This document shows positions 22,508 through 33,623 of a stretch of 36,030 bases of DNA, one piece after another (position 1 is the first letter of the stretch; each line of letters starts with the position of its first letter). The translations under genes were made by a program, and so were the position numbers. The stretch is from Amoeboaphelidium occidentale (Eukaryota): the NCBI GenBank assembly GCA_023515795.1, contig JALGPX010000108.1, positions 1 through 36,030 on the forward strand, given 5' to 3'. The notes beneath the pieces were generated by a model. That model did not search any database and was not told the origin of the DNA. It worked only from the letters and a program-made list of their open reading frames with translations.

Positions 22508-24194
22508 TCATTCTTCTTTGTTCAACATCTGAGAGGGTTGTGGTTGCTTTTGATGTTGTTGTTGAAACGATTCCAAATCTTGCTTTTGTGAATAATACAT
22601 TTCTTCATTTGCAATCTGAACTGGAGGAAGGACACTAGAATATACACCTTGATTGTTCACATCTTGGGCATTTGTTGGATATATCACAGGATAAAATGAA
22701 GAGTGTGAGCCTTGTTGCAGAAGTTCGTGGGTGTTCATTTTACTTTGACCAGTTGCAAGTGAACTGATTCCTTGCAATAATTCAGCATTAGGAGACGGAG
22801 AAACAATAGGAACGGACACACATAGGGCACATGTACAATTAGGATCATTAGTATGTTCTTGAGAAGCAACACCCCCAAGATATTCACCAGGAAACCCAGG
22901 AGGAAAGCTGTACTTCATTTGAGGATACCCTTGCATTTGTTCATTAGGACCATTACCAGATAAATATTCTTGTGGCAACATGTATTGCTGATAAGGAGCA
23001 GAAGAGTTTGATCCACCATAAAAAAGAGGAATAGGCTGACCAGCAGCTTGAGAACCAGGCACACCGTATGGCATTGAATACATAGGATAAGAAGCATACT
23101 GAGCCATACCAGACTGCACACCACTTCCACTACCCATTTGACCACCAGAAGGAGCTGGACCAGAGAACATGATCATATTCTTCCTGTCAATATCATGACC
23201 AATGTACCCAACATTACTTCCATCATCACCATCTTGTTGCTTGTACATTGACGGAAGAGACTTAGACTTCTCTGGAATGTAAGTGTAAACTAAACGATCA
23301 CCACCACCGTAGTAATCATCCTGGCCTTCACCTCCAGACATGAAACCCTGGCTCCCAGCGCCTTGTAGATCATTAGTGGATAGAGATTTCTTAGATCGTG
23401 ACTTTGCACTCTTTCTGTACTCAGAACTTCTAATTTTCCCAGTAAAAACGCCATCTTGGAACTCGTGCTCGTGGTCAGGATGAATAATCCAGTAGGAACC
23501 AAGACCTTTGCCTAAACCAGAAGAATAAGAAACCTGTTTAAACCAGAAAAGAACAAAACACAAACCTTTCCCTGTAGCTTCGTTCGTTTCCCTTGGCAAC
23601 TTCATAAAGGCCTTGTTAATGGTCAAATTATGACGTATGGAATTCTACAAAGGATGAGCAACTTGACGCTGAACAGTGGAAGCGAACCTGCCAGCCTGGG
23701 TTCTGTAGTCTGTAATGATCGGGGTAATTCTCAGTAATCCATGCGTAAATTGTTCCTAAGCGGGCCTTCTTTCCTTCCTGGCTCAGAATAGCCTGTCCGA
23801 TTAAAGAGGCCAATGATAATTTCTGTCTGTCTTTGGCTGGTATTGTCCTAGCGAAACCGTTTGCGCCTGCCATGCCGCCACCTGCGCCCATTCCTGCCAA
23901 TGAAGTAACACCCGGAAGTAACCCAACTCCGCTAACACCAGAGGCTGAAGTTGTGCTGTTCATAAAACCAGAACTCTGATAAATTCCTGTGGCAGCTGCT
24001 GAGGTATTCGCTTGATACTGAAGACCAGTAGAGCCATTGCCACTTGAGTCCAACAGTAACAGATTGTTGCTGGCTGCGACCTGTTGAGCTGAAGGGTACT
24101 GCTGCTGCTGCTGATGTTGTTGCTGCTGCTGTTGAAGTATTTGAATTATGGCCTCGTGGTTCGGACCGTCTGTTAAATCGTTCTGGCTCAACAT
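22508..24194 (-). CDS. Forkhead-box transcription factor (multi-exon)
   Basis: LSLASLIGQAILS...LGTIYAWITENYP...GWQ, intron, NSIRHNLTINKAFMK...GKGLGSYW; polyQ N-terminal region. Confidence 0.9.
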
Positions 24195-24609
24195 GATCGA
24201 TTTTGGATAAGAGAGAAAAGAATCAGAACAGGAAACAGAATTAAACGAATTTAAAGTAACCGGAATTTCGTTTAAAGACTTTCGGTTAAATCGGAAAACA
24301 ATGCGCCCTGTAGAAGCTGAAACAACAGCAACAACAACTGCAGGTGTTGCAGCGCGGCGTCATTTTTTGTGGGCTGCGAGCGAGACGTTGCTGTTTGTTG
24401 TGATCATCGCTTCCCTTTCTGATCGCTCGCAGGGTTATGAAGTTAGAACACCCTTAAAAGTATTAAGAGTCAAGTTTGAGTTTGTTTTTTATTGTTTTAT
24501 GTTCATAAAGAAAGAATTAAGAACGATAATAATCAGAGAAAGAATCTAGTCTTTTAGTGTATTGTGTGTGTGCTTTTTAGTGTACGTGTTTCTTTGGGTA
24601 GTAGTTGAT

Positions 24610-26796
24610 TTAATAGTCGTCACTGTGAGTATCCTTTTCCAGAAGAACGACAAATACTGTAACATCATCGTATCGGATAAATCCCCTTGCGTATAATCCA
24701 TTCTCATTGTCTATCATTTCTCTATCAGCCAAACTGTGTGCTAATGCTCCCAGTTTTTGTAGTTTTAATTGTGTTTCATCTTCATCTTGACTCTGCTGCA
24801 GTAAGCTCATGTCTAATTCTGATGATGATACTAAATCGTCGCTAGGTCCAAGTGTCTTTGAAGAATCCATGTCACTAGCTAAAGAACTTGAAGCTGTGTT
24901 GAAATTGCCAAACAGAAAGTTCTTTGCGTCATAGTCTGCTAAGACTTCTGATGCATGATCACTAATAAGATTGTTCTGAATCTGACTATTCTGAGAAACC
25001 ATATGATCCCATAAACCATCAGTTGCCATAACCATGAGATAAGACTCTGCATCCAATTTCAATTTAATGAATTCAACATCAGGACAAGCTGTGATCAGAG
25101 GAGGATCATACTTGAAGAACAAGTCACCAGCAGTACCAGTAAGATTCAATGTTGTACAAGATGGAAAGTTAAGTTCGGATATTTTCCATCCAACTGGGCG
25201 CCCGATTCTGCATCTGCTCAATCTAGAGAACTTGGACTCGTCAACAGAGAAGCGTGTTTCAGCGAATGATCTTGGCCAAGAACTTGTAACATTGCAAATA
25301 TTCATTGTATCAACATTCTGATCAAATAAATCATGCACTCTGTGTGTTTCTCCATTCAGAATGAAACGACCGCCATTCTGATGGATTCTTGTTGCATTTC
25401 TGATATGAGAAGTGTTGTGATCTTCAGATGCAAAATAAGGGAACCAACGATTCTGATAACGAGCAGCATAAGCTCCGATATTCTCTAGTATTCTGAAATC
25501 TTGCTCTGTTTTGATTTGTGGGGCAGAACATGGAATTGCTGCTTGTTGTTGCTTGTTCATATTCTGTTTCATCAATAAAGATCTGGAATCACCAACGTTT
25601 GCGTTAATCAAGAAACCACCATAAATTAAATTCACGACAAGAGTGCAGCCATCATCGGAAGGTTTCAACTTCTTGTAACGAGGCTCAAACGGATTCCCAT
25701 TCTCTCTGAGTGCCATCTGTAGCCAATCTTTGAACTGAGACAATTTTCTCTGGCAATAATCTTCGTCGAAATCCAAGAAAATCCTCTGAACCTTCTCCCT
25801 GAATTCTTGTTGTTGTTCTGGTATAGAGAAATCCCATGCTTTGCTATGAACCAAAGCAATAACAGCAAATGGAATCTTTGCAATAGCTTCCTGAGCACAA
25901 GCATGTCCGCCTAAACAAAAGGTTAATAACATTCTTAACAATAAGCTAAACTTACCATGACCATCAGCAATCATGAACAATTGAAATGGCTTGCCTGTAA
26001 TCGCATGAATGTGATTTGGACAATCATTGAATGATGGATAATGCATATCTTCCATTTCTGCGTGTATATCAACTCTTCTCTGGCGTGTGTACTCATCGGA
26101 ATATTTGTAGCCTTTCTGTGTAGCCAAAGACCAAGCATATGAATACTTCACATCCTTCTTCTCATTCAAAGCACTTACAAGCTTTTGTGATTCCACTTGG
26201 GAGAAGAGCGGCTGAGAAGGCATTAAATCCTGTGAGACAAATTGTGTCTGACTTGCGACTAATTCTTCATCAGATTTAGTCTTTTGATGATTGTCGTGAT
26301 CGACAGACTGACTCTGAGACAGAACCAACAATTCTTCCGTGATCTGCTGCTCGAAAACACTCTCAAATGTCTCACTCTTTTGCGATCTCTGCTGCACCGT
26401 ATTCAGAATCGACACACCACGAGGAGGCAAATTTAAAACAAAAGGATCCTGTTCATTGTGCGCTGGAATATCAGCTTCACTGTGATACTTTTGCAGGGGC
26501 GATGATGGCGCAGAGTGAAATATCAAATCATCATTAGCGTCCCCAACTGCATCAGCCAAAACTTCGTTCCTCAAAGAGCTGCTTCCAATTAAGTTTGAAG
26601 TACTTCGAAATCCAATTGGGCTTGAGACAATTTTCTTCATTATCGATGCAACCAAAGAAGAGCTCTTTGTCCCTGCAGCAGCACCTGAAGTTCCAGCAGC
26701 CTTCTGGTGGCGATCATCATCATCAGCTTGATTCTTATCAGAACTCGGGGAGTAATGAAACAGGTCACTTTCTGACTTGGATGTAATCGTTGGCAT
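24610..26796 (-). CDS. PP2C-family protein phosphatase with long disordered N-terminus
   Basis: EMEDMH; ADGH-GG (split by a likely in-frame intron ~25912-25953); DGCT; ANVGDSR; EDHN; LNLTGTAGD; MATDGLWD; DDVTV. Confidence 0.88.
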   Translation of the reverse strand: MPTITSKSESDLFHYSPSSDKNQADDDDRHQKAAGTSGAAAGTKSSSLVASIMKKIVSSPIGFRSTSNLIGSSSLRNEVLADAVGDANDDLIFHSAPSSPLQKYHSEADIPAHNEQDPFVLNLPPRGVSILNTVQQRSQKSETFESVFEQQITEELLVLSQSQSVDHDNHQKTKSDEELVASQTQFVSQDLMPSQPLFSQVESQKLVSALNEKKDVKYSYAWSLATQKGYKYSDEYTRQRRVDIHAEMEDMHYPSFNDCPNHIHAITGKPFQLFMIADGHGKFSLLLRMLLTFCLGGHACAQEAIAKIPFAVIALVHSKAWDFSIPEQQQEFREKVQRIFLDFDEDYCQRKLSQFKDWLQMALRENGNPFEPRYKKLKPSDDGCTLVVNLIYGGFLINANVGDSRSLLMKQNMNKQQQAAIPCSAPQIKTEQDFRILENIGAYAARYQNRWFPYFASEDHNTSHIRNATRIHQNGGRFILNGETHRVHDLFDQNVDTMNICNVTSSWPRSFAETRFSVDESKFSRLSRCRIGRPVGWKISELNFPSCTTLNLTGTAGDLFFKYDPPLITACPDVEFIKLKLDAESYLMVMATDGLWDHMVSQNSQIQNNLISDHASEVLADYDAKNFLFGNFNTASSSLASDMDSSKTLGPSDDLVSSSELDMSLLQQSQDEDETQLKLQKLGALAHSLADREMIDNENGLYARGFIRYDDVTVFVVLLEKDTHSDDY

Positions 26797-26892
26797 TTGT
26801 AAAAGTAAAAGAATGAATAAAGAGAAGTTATAAAACAGACTAATGTGATGCTTTAAAGAAAAGAATGAAGGAACAATTTGAAACCAAACTTG

Positions 26893-27110
26893 GGATTGTT
26901 TGAATGGAACAGTCCTGATTGGATGCCCTTCCTAGCCATTAACGTAAAGATGCTAAATTCTAAATGATAATGGCAGAATTACGATTGGGCCATGTTAAAG
27001 TTGATGAACCAATTAGGGGCATAGCTCAGATGATCTCAACTTAGCGTGTCTCTATCGCAAAAGCTAGAGATATGCCAAATTAGGGTTACAACTGATACTT
27101 CAATGGTTCA
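26893..27110 (+). ncRNA. Candidate structured non-coding RNA (unassigned)
   Basis: Several helices whose non-Watson-Crick pairs are all G-U on the + strand: 26893-26900/26908-26915, 26914-26922/27009-27017 and 27044-27054/27065-27075; also Watson-Crick 26935-26941/26968-26974. Confidence 0.3.
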
Positions 27111-27238
27111 TGATATCAAAGAACAAAGAGGGCCTAGACCCTTACGGAACACATAAACTACTTAGCCTCAATGCCCTCAAATGTCATCAGATTTCGCTTT
27201 TATTTTCAACCTTCATAATCTCCTCAGTTCCTCTCGAT

Positions 27239-27487
27239 TCACTTGTGCAAATCCTCAATTTCTCCCAGAGCTGGGAATTCCATTTCAGCCAGGGCCAAAG
27301 CTTCCTTCTTTTCCAGTCTCTCCTTTTCAATTAAGCTCATAACAAAGTTTCTTCTTTCGACCTTTGGAGCAGCGTAGAAGCGCCAGTAGAGATCAGCAAG
27401 GACCATTCCAGTGACAATCGACAAGCCCAAGTGGACCATGACTCTCTTGCGGTAAGGATGGTAAATTTTTGGTATAACTGCAGACAT
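27239..27487 (-). CDS. COX9: Cytochrome c oxidase subunit Cox9 / COX6C-like
   Basis: IPKI...RKRVMVHLGLSIVTGMVLADLYWRFYAAPKVERR matches the pattern and size of fungal Cox9. Confidence 0.7.
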   Translation of the reverse strand: MSAVIPKIYHPYRKRVMVHLGLSIVTGMVLADLYWRFYAAPKVERRNFVMSLIEKERLEKKEALALAEMEFPALGEIEDLHK

Positions 27488-27612
27488 TTCTCCTTAAAAG
27501 ACTCTGAAGAAGAAAAAACAATTGAAAATTTTTCTATGGAGTCGAAAAGTCGTCGCTGTCGATCGCTCGCTTGTGTCAAATTGGCAACTTTATTTCTTCC
27601 GTTTCAGACCAT

Positions 27613-28664
27613 TTACAACAATAAACGGAAGGGATATCCACCATTCTTCACTTTGAAAACATTAATCAACATTGAATACACCAGAAGAAGTCCTAATAAT
27701 CCAGCATATGCTGCGATTCTTTGTGTGTTTGGGTCCTTGATTGCAGGCACACGCTTGGCCAACATCACTACTATTCCAGCAAGAGTAGCATATAGCCCGG
27801 CAACAATTTGCGTCTCAATAGAATACTGATTCTGGAATTCGCCTCTGATGACTTCCAGTTTGCCCTTATCATTAACTCCAGAGTATGGAGTGTGTCTGAT
27901 CTGATTGTACATGAAACCAGCACACATGTTCACAATAAAGAACAGTGTTAGTACAGACCATAACAGCGAGCTCCTAAACAAAAAGCTGAGTCTATCATAC
28001 GCCAATTTCACAGTGACCAAAGCAAAAGCAGCCAATACCAAATTGAAGACAAGTTTCTGGTAGTTCAATGGTCTCTTGAAACGTAAATCGATCTTAGCAA
28101 CCTTCTTGACCCATTCAGCAAGATCTTCGGCAGTTATACTTTAAAGGAAAAATAATTAGTCGGCAATCTAAAAATAGATTTGTTACTCTTGAATGTCCCA
28201 TCGGTCTGGCGTTGCTTTGCTTCCTTCGCCATCAGTTGGGCCAAAATGCATCACAATTGGCGCAGATTTCAAGCCCATACTCAAAAAAGCATCCCTCCCA
28301 TTCATAAAATCCAAAGAGCAGAAGAATAGTTTCTTTCCTTCTTCAGACTGACGACCGACTTTGTTGTGAAAGTCTGCTGCGACGAAATCGAATTCCGGTT
28401 TTAACTTCCAGCACGGCTCGCAACCAACAGAGCTGTCCAGGGCAGTGAACATAACAACCATAGAATAATTCCTGGGTTCTTCCGTGTACAATTTGAAAGC
28501 CTGGCTGTCCAGCTGCAGCACGGAACCGTCTTTGCTCAATTGCTTCTGTAATTTATCCATTTTATAATTCAAGGAATACTAAATATAACGTGAGGAGTTA
28601 ATTAAAGAGGAACCTCCGAAGACAGGGCGACCAGGGCTGAGAGGATTGTCACAAGTCTGAGCAT
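27613..28664 (-). CDS. Oligosaccharyltransferase subunit Ost3/Ost6 (MAGT1/TUSC3 family), 3 exons
   Basis: PRNYSMVVMFTAL...GCEPC thioredoxin-like domain; LDF...F...SAP; GFMYNQIRHTPY; QYSIETQIV; C-terminal KNGGYPF. Confidence 0.92.
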
Positions 28665-28774
28665 TCTTGTGTCGCTTCGATTGTTCTTAAGAAAATCCCA
28701 AGCGAGCTGTTTCAGCTTGGAATTGTCAAAGATTTTTTATAAAACAGGTGAAATAGAGAATATATTTTTACAGT

Positions 28775-29512
28775 TTAGAAAGGGTCAGTGAAGCTTTTAG
28801 GTGTTTTAGGTGTGGCTGATGTTGTAACGGACTGATACTCTTCCCATAACTTCTTCTGTTCTTCGAATTCTTCTTGGAATATGGGACGTATCACAACGCG
28901 AGCATCATCGGTTGGTTTTGCGAAAGCATAAATGAAATCCTTGTCTCCGTTCTTCTTGTATACATCTGTAAAGAATACCTTGTCTATGTAGCTGTAGAGA
29001 TCATTAAGAACGTTAACAGTAGCATTATTATCATTCAGACCATAAATAGTGCCACGCTCTTCTGATGGCAGAACATAAGCGAAGTCAAGAACGCCCCAAG
29101 TGCGCTCTTGGAATTCCATATGTGAGCCCATTTCTTTTGTCTCATCTTGTGTAACGGGAATGGAGTTGACTGTAGAAGGTAAATAGGAGAAGCATTTGTT
29201 AACGCGACACAAGGCAGATACTCCAAGTTTTTCTGATAGTTCTTGACAGTCTGGATGCTCTTCGCAAGAGTATGGGCGGCATTCATTTGAAACGCACTGC
29301 AGAGTGTTTGGGCATTGCGAGTCTGATGTGCAACTCTTAGGAACACATGTCTTATGACTTGTACCGAGTGTTGTGATATTGTATGATAAAGAGCATTCTG
29401 TTTTTCCCGAGCACTGAGCGTCTGATGCACATAGAGCACCATTAGATCCAATAGCAGCCGATATAGCAGTAGATATTTGCCATGAAAGCGTAATTACGAC
29501 ACTAACTAGCAT
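28775..29512 (-). CDS. Secreted protein with Cys-rich repeats
   Basis: Signal peptide; three repeats of C-x-(S/E)-x-x-(Q/D)-C...C (CASDAQC, CTSDSQC, CEEHPDC), then an unrecognised C-terminal domain. Confidence 0.7.
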   Translation of the reverse strand: MLVSVVITLSWQISTAISAAIGSNGALCASDAQCSGKTECSLSYNITTLGTSHKTCVPKSCTSDSQCPNTLQCVSNECRPYSCEEHPDCQELSEKLGVSALCRVNKCFSYLPSTVNSIPVTQDETKEMGSHMEFQERTWGVLDFAYVLPSEERGTIYGLNDNNATVNVLNDLYSYIDKVFFTDVYKKNGDKDFIYAFAKPTDDARVVIRPIFQEEFEEQKKLWEEYQSVTTSATPKTPKSFTDPF

Positions 29513-29648
29513 TGTATATGATGTTTTCTTGATTACAGTTTATCAAAATGATTGCCCATCATCCTATGACCTTTAGATTGATCGTGGTATTGATGATCAG
29601 TGTTCAATCTCATCAGCATAATTAGTCACATGTTCTTTTCAGAGTTTC

Positions 29649-30113
29649 ATGAACAGAACACGTAGCAGGTTTCTAGACTTCTTACTATTTCTGTACTTCA
29701 TTATAGAGACGGTAGGCAATATCGCATTGGGTTCAATGGCTGTAGTTGAATGGAACAGAACCTTGAGATTGGTACCGTCTTTCATGCTCATCTTCTCGTG
29801 CCATATATCTTTTGCAGTTTTGTTCTTTGTTTCAGGTATTGTTTACGCCATGAAACCCTTGTGGCTTCCATTACAAGCAATAGTTGTGATATTGTTCTCA
29901 GGTATGGTGTTTCACGTTATGCAAGTCATTCATTTTGGTGTATTTGATTATGAGCTGATATTGCTGATAGTTCATTTCAGCATGTCTGCGTTGTCATTGG
30001 CGTTCTGTATTACTGCTGCACTCTTCGCAAGACAGAAGCGACAAAACGATATGACGAAGCCAACAATTGTAATACATCAAGAAACAGTCACTCGACGATT
30101 AGAAAATCAATAA
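29649..30113 (+). CDS. Hypothetical four-TM membrane protein
   Basis: 154-aa ORF with four hydrophobic segments and a polar tail. Confidence 0.65.
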   Translation: MNRTRSRFLDFLLFLYFIIETVGNIALGSMAVVEWNRTLRLVPSFMLIFSCHISFAVLFFVSGIVYAMKPLWLPLQAIVVILFSGMVFHVMQVIHFGVFDYELILLIVHFSMSALSLAFCITAALFARQKRQNDMTKPTIVIHQETVTRRLENQ

Positions 30114-30122
30114 ACAGTTAAT

Positions 30123-30758
30123 TCATTTGTAATTCTTTGCTATGTTTATAAAATCAACGAGCTTTCGAGTGTCTTTAATGCGTGCCTCTGCTTCCACGCC
30201 GCTTGAAACATCGACACCGAAAGGCTTTGTCGCGAGCAGGGAAGGCAAATTCACCGTATTTAAACCACCAGCAACCAAGAATTTATAATCTTGAACCAAA
30301 AGTCTTCTTGCGATATCCCAGTCGAACTTAACACCTGCGCCACCACCAGATTGTCCTTTAACTTTTGTATCAAGAAGTAACATTTCATAAGTGCCATTAT
30401 ACTTGAGAATCTTTTGTAAAACAGTATCATACGTATCGCTTTCTTCTACAGATACAACCCTTATAACGGGTTTAGTGAGCTGTGAAGCAAAAGAAGGATC
30501 TTCAGAACCATGAAGCTGAACATAATCAAGCGGAACTTGTCTTGATACTTCATTGATAAACTCAGCAGACTGATCCTGGAAAACACCAACTACTTTAGAC
30601 CTCCTATCCGGAATCATCTTGATAATATCACAGACTTCAGCTGCAGTAACAAGTCTTTTAGAGCTTGGCGCAAATATAAAGCCAAGTAAATCAGCACCTT
30701 CTGCATCAGCTAGCGCTGCATCTTCTAATCTACACAGCCCACACACTTTAACTATCAT
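30123..30758 (-). CDS. trpF: Phosphoribosylanthranilate isomerase (TrpF), stand-alone
   Basis: VKVCG; GADLLGFIF; VGVF; VQLHGSE; LLDT...GGAGVKFDW; VAGGL; GVDVSSGVE. Confidence 0.95.
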   Translation of the reverse strand: MIVKVCGLCRLEDAALADAEGADLLGFIFAPSSKRLVTAAEVCDIIKMIPDRRSKVVGVFQDQSAEFINEVSRQVPLDYVQLHGSEDPSFASQLTKPVIRVVSVEESDTYDTVLQKILKYNGTYEMLLLDTKVKGQSGGGAGVKFDWDIARRLLVQDYKFLVAGGLNTVNLPSLLATKPFGVDVSSGVEAEARIKDTRKLVDFINIAKNYK

Positions 30759-30928
30759 ATCGTCAATCTTAAAAGTGCCTTTAATGTGTAAATTAAATCA
30801 GAAAGGAGCATTCAGTACAGCGTCGCATTAAGGTCAGTGCAGATCACTGGAATGTTTGCGCGGCCGCACTTCGCCTCTTTATTCCCACAGTCGTGAGAAA
30901 AGGACCAAAGAAAACCGGTAGGATTTGA

Positions 30929-33592
30929 ATGAAAAGCAAAATGACGAAAACTACTGAAGAATCTGACTACAACGAAAACGCCGGTTATCACTTGGAGCCC
31001 TTTGCTTTTGATGATTTCTTCAATTCGGCATCCATCGGTGCAGCTCTTCCATTTGGATTTGAAAGTGTTGGTGGAGGTGCTGCAGCTGCTGTTCCTTCCG
31101 GAACTACAGGTGTCCCGTATGACTATTTCCAATTGAATGATATTTCAGCTGCTGCTGGGATGCATGGGCTTGGCGATTACACCTCGTATTCGATGAATCA
31201 AAACTACGCTTACGGAATTCCTACGCAGGAAGCCCCTTTGATGACTTCTGTTTCTTATCAGAATGCTTTTGTTACTCCGATGGTTTCGGCTCATATTATG
31301 CCGACTTATGGAAACAAGCAGAATCATCAAACGATAAATGATCAGCAGCAGCAGCCTCAGCCGAAAACTGTAAAGCGCAGAAGGGTTTCTGAACATGTGT
31401 CTTCGCTGCACTCTTCTCAAGAAGGTTCCGATGCCATCAGTTCGTTAAAGTGCTTTCATGTTCATTCTTCGGAGTGTTATCACATTTCTTTGGATAGTCA
31501 CATTAGGGATGGTAGGTCTAGTTTTATATTTTCTCGTTTTAAAAGTGCTATTCCTACGTTGGCTTCCAAGAATGTTACGTGTGATGCTGGGCAGATCACG
31601 TCGAATGCGATTTATGAGTTCTTGCTTGACGGTTCTGATTCTGAATTGGTATTCTACTGTCCCAGAGTTGGTCAGAAGAGTTATGGTTCAGAAAAGCGTT
31701 TCTTTTCTCCTTCTCCATTCATTCTGCTTAATGGCAAATACTGGTTCTGTAACAAGAATGACTGCGATGATAAATCTGGCGATAAACACTCCTCGCTGAA
31801 GAAACTGAGTGCTTCAGTAGCAACCGATCCTTCCGGAGTTGTTACGAAGTTCTTGAATGGTGGTGTTGATAGTTTCATTATAAATCGAAGTGATCAGAGT
31901 GATGATGATGAAGAGGATGACAAAGATGGAATGTATGAAGCTGCTGTGGTATTCAAAAACATGTTTATCGGAGACTTGAAAAAGATTAGAGATACTCAGA
32001 AAGAGGCTTTATGTTTGCATGATGCTTCATTGAATTCATTCTTCAACTGCGTAGATTATACAAGAACAAAGAAGGAGTTTGAATTTTTCCTGAGACTTTT
32101 AGTAAGCGAAGACAATCATGAAGACAAATCAGAAATAGGCACTCGTACTCCTCAAGATTCTTATATTGGAACGTTTAGATCAAGTTTACTGTCATTGATT
32201 TCGAAGCCTAGCAAAAAGAAATCCACGACAAGAATTAACAGGCCAAACTCTGGTAGATCATTGAGAGAATTCGCTGAATATTTTCAAATGGAAGTCATCA
32301 TGAATGGTGATCAGGTTTCGATCTTTAACAGGTTGAAGTCACAAACAGTTTCGACAAAGTATGCGTCTGTATCTAAACAAGGTGATTTAATTGGTACGAC
32401 TGCTACTTGGGATCCTTTTACGATAGTTTTGTACGAGAACGGTGTTGGTGTAAAAGAGAGAGTCAGTATTCCATTTGGTTCTGTTGTAAGATTAGAAGGT
32501 CCAAACGGATGGAAAAGTGACTTGTTCATCATCAGGTGCATTGATCAAAAAACATCCAACATTGCGGAGATTGATTCTTCAAACATCTTGTCACATCTAC
32601 AAAAGGTATTTTCTTTTAAGGAGGTCTTATTTTAGGTTGTTTTCCATAGTCTCAAAGAACCAACAAAGTACTTGTCCATGAACGGGAATGCGAACAATAC
32701 TAATGCTTTGGACATTACTTATGCTTCATTTGGTGGCGAAAATCCACCGGATAGCTTCTTGTGGTCCATAGTTGGCGTCTCTGGTGTATCTTCTCGATGG
32801 TTTCGCTCATCAAGTCATCAAGATTTGCTTTTGCCTGTTACGCCTGTTCCAGATTGCTATTTTTCATCATTTCTCAAGTTGCCTGAAAACCAAAGTGGAA
32901 TAGCAAAAGGAAACATGGTTTACTTGGAGTCTTGTCTTCCTGCGCATGCTGTTTTAGAAACTTTAGACCTGTTTTCAAAACGTGCTTCATCGACTCAAGA
33001 ACATACTTTTGAAACATTGGTTAAAACTATTTTTGACTTTGATGTGTATCTCGGCAATGTTTTCTGCAAGACTCTGATCTCAGATCTGGTCTTTGTCACT
33101 GATGCAGGCCGTCTGGTTGAGACCGGTTACTTGGATTTGAACAGACAAGTGAAATCATGTGATACTTTACTAGGAACGATGGTCGATGCTCTAGAAGATT
33201 TGTTAGTGGGCATGGTGATTGAAATTCCTTGTTTGACTGAGTGTTTCTCGAAGGGACAATGGGCAAGCAATCTATTGTTTCAACCCAAGGAAGCTCCAAC
33301 GTTGAGTCACGAAAATGCTGTTTACGGTGGAATGTGCGGCGCAAACTCGGATAACGGCCCAACGTATTATGGGTTTCCAAAATCTGTTGGATCATTTAGT
33401 CGCTCGCTTTCCTCTTGTGTAAAATGTTATGACTCTGATGATCATCAGTCAAATTGTATTACAACTGTGACTCCTGCTGAACCTGCCGCTTCCATCTCCC
33501 TTCCCCTTATTTTCGTGAGGAAATACGATGGTGTTGTCTACAGAACAAAACAAACCGTCACTTTCGAGCTTCCTTTCGTCGAACATGTATAA
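30929..33592 (+). CDS. CSL (CBF1/Su(H)/LAG-1; fungal Cbf11/12-like) transcription factor
   Basis: PRVGQKSYGSEKRFFSPSP; ISKPSKKK; GDQVSIFNRLKSQTVSTKY; WDPF; FGSVVRL; SHLQK, then 30-nt intron 32606-32635, then VVF; WSIVG; LPLIFVRKYDGVVY. Confidence 0.9.
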
Positions 33593-33623
33593 TACGCTAA
33601 ATATATGTAGTAATTATCTGCTT

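Noticed and set aside
27016..27040. tRNA-like start ggggcatagctcagatg
   Set aside because: No matching D-stem 3' strand, T-loop (GTTCRA) or acceptor stem
27080..27088. TAACCCTAA on the minus strand as a telomerase RNA template
   Set aside because: A single 9-mer is plausible by chance in 36 kb. The G-U bias of nearby helices favours the opposite strand, and no canonical U-rich pseudoknot was seen.
30759..33623. CSL nested in a large intron of a trifunctional trpG-C-F gene
   Set aside because: TrpC ends in a clean TAA with no good donor site, TrpF has its own ATG, and traced introns here are under 50 nt.
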